In this document: piece after piece, positions 54,341 through 64,000 of the stretch
How positions within the stretch are numbered: the first letter of the stretch is position 1
How the letters are laid out: every line of letters starts with the position of its first letter
Assembly: GCA_964016885.1 (NCBI GenBank)
Contig: OZ024741.1
Coordinates: 298,778,001 to 298,842,000 of the forward strand
Direction of reading: 5' to 3'
From: Eledone cirrhosa
Lineage: Eukaryota
DNA length: 64,000 bases
The notes under the pieces: generated by a model
Seen by the model: the letters and a program-made list of their open reading frames with translations, nothing else
Databases searched by the model: none
What the model was told of the DNA's origin: nothing
Translations under genes and position numbers: made by a program

Positions 54341-55899
54341 TTCACAAACAGATAAATACATAAACACACACATATATACAGAGAAAGAATACGTGTGTAC
54401 ATATGAGAGAGAGAGAGATAGCCAGGTAGAAAGAAAGAGAAAAAGAGAGAGAGAAAGAGAGAGAGAAAGAGAAGGAGAGGAAGAGAAAGAGAATGGGAGA
54501 GAGAAAGAGAGAGAAAGAGAGAGAAAGAGAGAGAAAGAGAGAGAAAGAGAGAAAGTAAATGGAAATTAAATTGTGATGGTATTTGCACAAACACCTGGCT
54601 GGTGTTAGCGACATAAACACTGGGAAAGACAAACAACAACGATTAGATAAATTTAATATATCATATAACATATTACATAATATATTATAACATAATATGA
54701 CATTTTCAAAAAATAATATGAATGAAAAACAATATAATATATTATATATTAGTTTAGTGAACTGAAATGGCTTCACTCTGATATTATAAAGATTGCATTG
54801 TGGTATCGGATTTCCTCTTGCCTCTAGCACTATGGTGTTCGCCACATATGTATAACTTAATATATTATAGTCTCTGGTATTACAACGTAATATACATTAA
54901 ATGATATATAATATACCGTGTCGAAAAGCACAAGGTGATAATGTAACCAGGGATAAAATAATATAATATTGCATTATAACATAAAAATTTAAAATATAAC
55001 GCAACGTACTGTAATATATATGTAGGATAAACAAAAATAACAACAAAAAAGAAAGACAACAAACGAGTTAACATTTTATAACAACATAAATCTAAGATAA
55101 CATGCAACAACATAGATGATGATTTTTGAATTGAATTAATGTCTATTGAATTAGCCTATTTTTCTTTAAATCGTGACATATTCAAATGTTTTGTAACCTG
55201 GAGATGAAATATCTTAAGATATTTAATGTTTTATCTCATAAGATATTTAAATATATATATTTTTTAATATAAAAGGTCATTTGAAATATATGACAGACGC
55301 AGAAGTTGTTTTCTTTGTTTTTCCCCAAGAATTAGAATTCTTTACAAAGAAATATATATTTAAAGGGTTCTCATTATTTCATTTGTTTTCTGTGTTTTTG
55401 GAAGAATTCATGTAAACCAAGCAACATATGAAAACATTAAAACCAAATAAACCGCAGACAAGATGAATAAATAAAGAACAAAGCAATATTATTGGTAATG
55501 AAGCTATGTACAAACAAACAAAAAAGAAATCATACCAAATATAATTATGCGTGTCTTTTATGAAGGCGACATGTTTATTTTTAGAATGTTATGTGTATAT
55601 GTGTGTGTGTATGTGTATGTGTGTGTTGTGTGTTGTGTGTGCGTGTGTGTGAGCGTTTGTGAGTGTGTATGTGTGTATGTGTGTGTGTGTATACATTCAT
55701 CAAGTTAGAAGCAAAGATTGAGAAAGACGGAGAAAGCAAAAAACAGAAAGACGAAGCAAAGAAATATTTTACTCAGCTTTTAACTAATCTTTACTACCTT
55801 CATTTCATAAATGGTTAACCCAGTCAACCCAACCCGATCCAATCAGTTTAGAGCTTTGAACGTTTTGCTTTATTAAGTTACTGCATCATCTGGTCGGAT

Positions 55900-56460
55900 C
55901 TTTATTAGTTCTATGTTGACTATCTTCGATAGAAAGTGATCGATATCGTCTTTCTAGCTCTCTACCCACATCCCTTCTAAAGTCAAAGTTCACAACGCCA
56001 AAATCTCCAGTGGTCCACTCACAGCTGCCCTTGGATGAATAGCATAACTAACTAACTAACACAACATAACACATGTAAGATGACTAAGAGGAATTAAATG
56101 ACTCCTTCTGAAATCTCATATTTTCAAGATCTCACCTCTTCCAAATTGCAATCAAAAGTTTTGAAGACCTTGCATAAGGATATATACTGACGTTACAAAA
56201 TTGTTCCAGCTATTACTCTTCAATCCTAATTATCCCTTTTCCAAAGAAAACTTCCGCATTTAACACCTGTTTTGGTTTTAGGTTGTCACTGCACACACAA
56301 GACTACGTTTGTTCTATCATCTTGACCATGATAGCTTAACAACGTAATTAATTCTGGCAGCCTTTCTTCCATTAGTTTCAACTGCATTCTAGAGAAAGAC
56401 CATATCTTCATCAAATCCAATCTGCAAGAGCTTGCAAAGGCCTTCGGAACAACCAATTCT
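55900..56460 (-). pseudogene. Highly decayed LINE RT remnant (CR1/Jockey-like)
   Basis: Minus strand traces FKTFD (KAFD-like), QGS..GPL and a DDI-like motif, in order but frameshifted. Confidence 0.35.
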
Positions 56461-57977
56461 TCTACATAAAATCAATAAAAAACAATCTGTATCTATGTCG
56501 CTCTCTATTTTTCAGTTTGTCTCTCTTTCACAACCTCCTTTCTACTTCTGTCCGGAGATCTCACTGACTGTATCAACTATTGATCCATCATCACCTCCAC
56601 TTCCATCATTTCAAGAGTAATAGAAACAGTGCTCATATTGACAACATATTTGCTCTCATATATCTAGAGATATACGACGAAAGTCAAGTTGGTGTCTTTA
56701 TTTCTAGTAACAATTTCAGTAGTCTCTGGCATGAGAATATCTCCTCTAGCCTCGTGGAACGGAACTTTCTATTCACTCAAAATCAAACTCTTTGTCACCC
56801 AACAATTTTATCAACTGGAGTATTTTATGGAATTATATTGTATCTTTCACATTATTTCTTTTGTACATTACTCACACACAGTTTGTTGCTTCGAACTACA
56901 CACGACAGCACTCTTTAGTTTAAACTGATGTGCATTAGAGACCAAATTGAATTATTTTTCGTGTAACTGCTATGGCGTTACTGTTACACATACACATCTT
57001 AGACCGCACTAAAGATGGGTCATCCGACAGATTGGCAAGCGCACACTTACCAACCACCGACTAACTTCCAGTCACTCCTAAAAGGAGCTCATTCCGAAAT
57101 ATGGAAGCTCGTAATTTTAAATTAACAGGAAATTTATATCTAAGAAAGAAAACTTTTACGGTTTATGGAAACAGCATCCACGCTTCAATAAAACCGCACA
57201 GTGCTACCTTGAATAAAACAGAATACATTAGACACTGTAGCGTTTCATTTACTAAAGAATGGGATAGTGACAACTGGAAGGCCTTGAATCAACGCCAAGA
57301 ACAACCTTAAATATGCACGCAACCTCTTGATGACATGTTTGAAACCCCAAACTTTAAATCTTTTGCAGGAATTTCCTTGTTTCTGAACCGATCACTTTAT
57401 TTTTTTTTTTACAATGCCCCATTCAACTTAATTGCTCAGAGGTGGGCCCAAATCATCGGTGTAACATCACTAACGGTACAATGGGTGCCTTTTTTATCGG
57501 AGGTTATGTTGTAAGTAATTGGGTAAAATCTCGGACTGACGATAAATTGTTTCTTCTTCCAACATTCTCATAGACAAAACGTCACCTGTGCTACCCTTCG
57601 TCCTCTTATTTCAGCTATAAAACATTAAACAAATCATAGATTGTGAATATTATTCACTCGTCTGCTTAACACCATGAAATATAGCTTTTACCTATAAAAC
57701 CAGATCTAAGCATAAAACTAGATTTGGTTTTATGCTTAGATAAGTAAATATAACTGATCGTTTTTGAACAATCAGATATATTTACCTTACAACTATTTAC
57801 ATCGAATCTGAGATCTATGTGTTAGTTCCTCTCCAATGGAAAGTCTGGTATATGAACAAATATTGCCAAACTTCTCGCTTATAACTTTTTTATTTTAGCA
57901 TTGTATATTATTGGCTGTTAACTTGACGACTTCCCCCTCCTCCTCCTTCTCCCTTCCTCCAACTCCTGCTACTCCTT

Positions 57978-58023
<46 letters not shown>

Positions 58024-59989
58024 CCATCAACCAATGCCTTCTCGAATCAATAAGGGATCTTGTACTTAGTCCCTCCATCTGTCTGCTAGAAATAACAGAC
58101 ACATTTTACTAAAAGCACATACTACTATCTTAAAAAAGATTCTCAGATGTGAGATACGGATTGGTAACGGCTGAAATGCTTTTTGATCATAGGTCTGCCT
58201 GATCAGTGCTGACCTAGGACTAGACAACAACAACAGTCAAACTTCACTATCTCTCTTCCATTAATTTCTATCTACACACACCCACAAGCCAAATACCCCA
58301 TTCTAGAGAATCAATCGATAATATTCATCACTCTCAAATGTGACCCAATATTAACAAATCTGTAACCAGAATATTATTTAAACCCGACCTACATATTCTC
58401 CAATATACTTACAAAAATGTTTACTATCATTTAGCAAAATCTAAAATCAAATATCGATTTTAAAATATTCGTACTGCAAATTACAGGCATTTATTTTATC
58501 GATCCTTGAGGGATAGCGGGCAAAGTCGAAAGGCTTTGAAACGAAAAAGGTAAACCGCATAAACAAAATATCGCTGGTTCTACATGCTATATAGATAGTC
58601 AAATCTATTATTACATGTAAGAAGCAAAGTTGCTGTATATTACAGTAAAACATCTCTTATTACACACACATACACACAAACACACACACACACACAAACA
58701 CACACATACATACGCAGACACACATTGCATATATAGGGTCATTAAAAAGATCTCATGGTATTTTAAATTTTGATGACTCTAGTTCTATATAAGGTAAAGT
58801 TAATCTGTAATATACATGGAAGAATTTTTAGCATTTTTTAAATACATTGCTGAAATTGTTAATTTTTAATATGCTTACCATCATTATTTACACAAACTGC
58901 GATGCGATTTAGAAGCTGGAGAAATAAATTTTCTGGATGATTTGGTTTCTATTAAATGTATCACGTAAATTAACAGTAGCTTTTGTTTATTTCCAAACAA
59001 TCTTGTGGAAATATTTATTAGATATTTTAGAGATTAATAAAAAAAATTGTTTTGATTAACGGCGGTAAAACAGATGCACCAGACATCAAATTATTATATG
59101 CAGATTAATTTTAACGTATATATAAATAAATTTAAAAGAATTTCAGATTTAAAATTTACAATTCAAAATAGTATATAATATTTTATAAGAAATCCGTACG
59201 TCTTTATACCTAAAAGTGAAATTCCATATGTATATCATTCGTCACTGCAGGACATAGGTTTGCATCTGGATAACTGAAATTGCATAGGGGCACATCTTTT
59301 AAAAAGAAGGTAATAGGATGTGTAACTTTTTTCATACCTTCTAAGAAACGAATTTTTAAAGGATCGTACCTATAATATATTTATTGAATCCAAAGCCACC
59401 CGATTGCGAAGCTAACTTCTTAACTGCACAGACACACAGGCACAGACACATAGACACATACCAACATACACACACACATATACGCATGCATATATGTATA
59501 TATATATATATATATGAATGTATGTACTAATATGTATATATATATATGTATGTGTGCGAAAAATAAACGGAAAACAACACAAGAAACGGTCAATACAGTT
59601 CAATGAAGATATATAAGAGTCTAACATTTGATATAGTAGAAAAAGAGTCTTAATAATTCCGTCGCTACTCTTTTACCAGAAGATAGAATGGAAAATGAAA
59701 GAAGAAATGGGAAGAAATGGAAAGAATGTGAGAAGAGCAAGAAACAGATAAAATATTTTTGGAGAAAAAGTACGTGTGTGTTCACTCTACATCTTTCTCT
59801 CTTCCACCCCAAACTCACATTTATATGTATCTATATATAAATATATACATATAAAGTGCACATGGAGAGAAGCTGGAAAATGTTAAGATATGAAGAAAAT
59901 AATGTATGTATAATGCTTAATTGGACGAGACGTTTATCGATTGTTACTTCAACTTATAACGCCACCGATTCTACATTACTTTGTAATCC

Positions 59990-60320
59990 AATGGATACAT
60001 AGAATAGACTTCATTCTGTTGCAAATATTTTGACCAGAACCTGTTACCTACTCACTCATAATATGTCTGTAGAAATTGCTTTGTAGATGTTCAACTGAAT
60101 TAGTTTCACAAATCTGGCAAGGTCTGCAAAGATCATGGACACTGACATTTTTCATATGATTAAATTATGAAATAGATAAATATTAGAGAGATGAATACGT
60201 GGAGAGTATCTTGGGGATGAATTTATTTCAGACTTTAAATGTTTATAACAAGAAATCTTAGTGCCAGATTCCATCAATAGTACATATTCCTGTATTATTT
60301 AAAAAACAATCTATAAAGGA
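59990..60320 (+). pseudogene. Highly decayed CR1-like RT remnant
   Basis: Traces of NY.PV.L, F.NL, ILER.IRG..W and VP..S in RT order. Confidence 0.3.
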
Positions 60321-60440
60321 AAAGAAAATCAGTTTATATATGTATATATATATATGTATATATATATATATTATATATATATAGATATATATATAATATA
60401 CAAACATACACTCTCAAACACACACACACACAAACATTTA

Positions 60441-60510
<70 letters not shown>

Positions 60511-60583
60511 CACATATATACATATGCGAATATACGAGTTTACGAGATATATTTTAAATTGTTTCACTTTCCATATCTCGATT

Positions 60584-60624
<41 letters not shown>

Positions 60625-61337
60625 ATAAAGAGTAAGGCAAAAATGCCCGAGGGGAGCGCTCTATATAGAATCTCGCAGTCTGAATATGGCGAGTGGTGAA
60701 ACATGTCCAATTAACCGAGACTAACCCTGCAGTTTAAAGAACGGAAACTTCTTTTAGCAGTGTCCTGAAACATTAGATAACAAAATAACTTCACAACAAT
60801 ATTTGATATCATTATCGCTAATAACGTTGTAATGGGTTTATTACCAAGTTCCTTTTAGGATTTGATATCAATTTTTATTCATAATAACATACTCATACTC
60901 ATATTAACACCGGTATTATATCTGAGATCTTACCAGCTTTTGATATTAATGTTGTATTCTTAAAATAATATAGTGATATTGATATACATATCTGTTTTAT
61001 TTTTCAAACCCATTCAAGTGTTTTCCTAACACCATTCAGTCCTCTTTTAAAAAATAAAAACATCTGTTATCAATATTGCTTTCCTGAAACATTAGTTAGT
61101 GATAATATCTTTTCCCAGTTTGATAATAATATCATTTTCTCCAACGTTTTTCACATTTTCGGAATTTAGGCCATATGTTATTTTAATTCTGTCTTCTGGC
61201 AGTAAATACAAGCATACACTTATCCTAATCGCCACCATCAGCTGGCATTAACTAGTAAAAACAAACAAAAACAAAACAACAACAAGAAAAACTACAACAA
61301 CAAGAAAAACACAAACAACACCGTTCCTCGATTCATA

Positions 61338-61389
<52 letters not shown>

Positions 61390-61412
<23 letters not shown>

Positions 61413-61596
61413 GTTGTATGGTTGCAATAATTGTGTCCGAAGGCGGTATGCCGTTTGAGCACTCGATGCTACCGCAGAGCAGAGTATATTATTATGGATA
61501 ACGAGGAATCCGTGATGCATCAAAATACAATTTATTAACATATTACATATGTTTCCCCGACTATCAGCTCAAGGCTCACTGATTCCTCCGTATCTA
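61390..61596 (-). mobile_element. Short PLE 3'-end fragment between (TA)n tracts
   Basis: Minus strand GAAAC-ATAT-GTA (palindromic HHR stem III, 61544-61555), then AATAAA and a ~150-nt tail running into (TA)n. Confidence 0.4.
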
Positions 61597-61657
61597 TAAT
61601 ATATATATATATATATATCCGAGATGAGCTTCCTCGGAAGTTGCAACTCTTTCGCCC

Positions 61658-62039
<382 letters not shown>

Positions 62040-62604
62040 CACACACTTGCACACACATACACACTCAGACATACATATACAAGCTCAGTATTTCTGATCA
62101 CGAGAATGTGTACTTAATACCACAGTAGAGATATATATTGTCTTGACTAAGGCCAAGGTTGAGTCATGTTACACTGAAGTTCCCTTTGTGTATTCACATG
62201 GTCAAAACATAATCCTTTTAGTATACAGGAGAAACTCCAAAGTAACAAATTTGGCCATAATAATATATATATATATATAATTATAAATATCCGGTTGAGA
62301 TAAGAAACATTGAAAAATTTGAGATTTGCAATATAGCCGCCTTAATGTAAAGGATTATAACACTAGTAGTTCACTATAAATAATTGCTGAGAAAATCGGA
62401 TAAAGTACACTTCGAGAGGGAAAAATGTCGATAGAAGTGCTTTGTTTTTCTCGTTTCCCTCTCCAGAAATATTGTACTCAATTTTCTTAACTTTAAGTGA
62501 TCGACTATTGTTATAGTCCTTTTCATAGGGTCGACTACATTTCATATATGTATATATATATATATATATATGATGTACATACATATATATATATGCACAC
62601 ACAG

Positions 62605-62677
<73 letters not shown>

Positions 62678-63402
62678 AAACCTATGGTAACACCCAGCAT
62701 GATTAAAGTTTTGTCTGATATACAGTCAATAAACAGATAGTGGAGTATTAAAAAAAAACGAAGTGCACTACACGAACAACATCAATAGCAACAACAACGT
62801 CGACGACAACAACATTAAATCCCATGACAATAATAACTGAGATAATACGAAGTAAAAATAAAGAAAAAATATTAGACGAAAGATAGTTGAAAAATAAAAA
62901 AAAGAGAATGTAATATTTTAACTGAAACTTTGAATATAATGAACTAATTTTAAAGAAAAATAAACACATTTAGAAAAGCAGAAAAATAACCAGTTAATGA
63001 ATTCCCCGGAAGGAACGTACCATATATTTGATAAACAGATTTAGAATGTTGGTGGAGTTTGATGAACCCATCACCATTTTTATTTGTTCATTTATTTATG
63101 TATTGTTTATTTACTTTATTTGTTTTATTTGTTTAATATAGACTTATGTTGGTGGTTTTATTTTCACGTATATATAATTTAGATTTATATCCCGACAGGT
63201 ATTCTGCAGGCGTTTGTCTTCAAGTCTTATACAAGAAGTATTTTTATACATATATTTATTTTCAGGTATTGTCTTTCATGCATGCAAACATACACGCATC
63301 ATGCATTCACACGTATACGGCATGTATATATATAAGTGTATGTATTTATGTATTTATATAAACGTGTATATATATAAATATATATATATATATTTAAACG
63401 TG

Positions 63403-63460
<58 letters not shown>

Positions 63461-63577
63461 GAACGCAGCTACCGAATAAGACGGTCGTATTCTCACACAC
63501 TCAATAATTTAATTAAGTGAGTAGTACCATATATATACTAATATTTATACATACATACTTGTTATTTCTGTTTACCT

Positions 63578-63667
<90 letters not shown>

Positions 63668-63863
63668 CACATTTATATAAATACATATATATATATATAC
63701 ACATTTATATAAATACATATATATATACATGTATGTATGTGTGCATGCATGTATGTGCTTGGAAGACAACACATACACACGTATATATATATATATATAT
63801 ATATACGTGTGTGTGTGTTGTATTCCACATGTATGTGCTTGGAAGACAACACACACACACGCG

Positions 63864-63896
<33 letters not shown>

Positions 63897-64000
63897 TTAT
63901 ATAAATGTGTATATATATATATATATAAATACATATATATAATATATACATTATATCAATACATATATATATATATATATATACATGTTATGAGCGTATC

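Noticed and set aside
57361-57518. Possible host exon (TTTTGCAG ... GTAAGT)
   Set aside because: Splice-like signals only; no recognisable coding content and an internal T-run.
58734-59400. Possible Tc1/mariner terminus TATAGGGTCATT
   Set aside because: No matching second TIR or transposase motif could be identified.

Overview
AT-rich, microsatellite-dense eukaryotic DNA with no convincing host exon, so probably intergenic or intronic. The tRNA-derived SINE families and (TA)n/(CA)n density suggest an octopod cephalopod (inference). Nearly all listed ORFs are microsatellite artefacts. The real content is mobile DNA: Penelope-like elements (PLEs; Naiad-type RT/GIY-YIG and a Neptune-type GIY-YIG), remnants of Tx1/L1, R4/Dong, CRE, RTE and CR1-like LINEs, a decayed mariner, two non-autonomous Helitrons and about 25 SINE copies. 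The main signal is a repeated architecture. At least four unrelated families carrying hammerhead ribozyme (HHR) motifs sit inside (TA)n tracts as head-to-head asymmetric palindromes, from about 0.2 kb to 9.3 kb, with both outer ends being element 3' ends located just downstream of the HHR. The HHRs have palindromic stem III and unusually large stem II insertions. One ORF-less 591-nt unit looks like a retrozyme, and one of its junctions falls at the predicted self-cleavage site. All alignments and folds were done by eye; coordinates of decayed elements are approximate.
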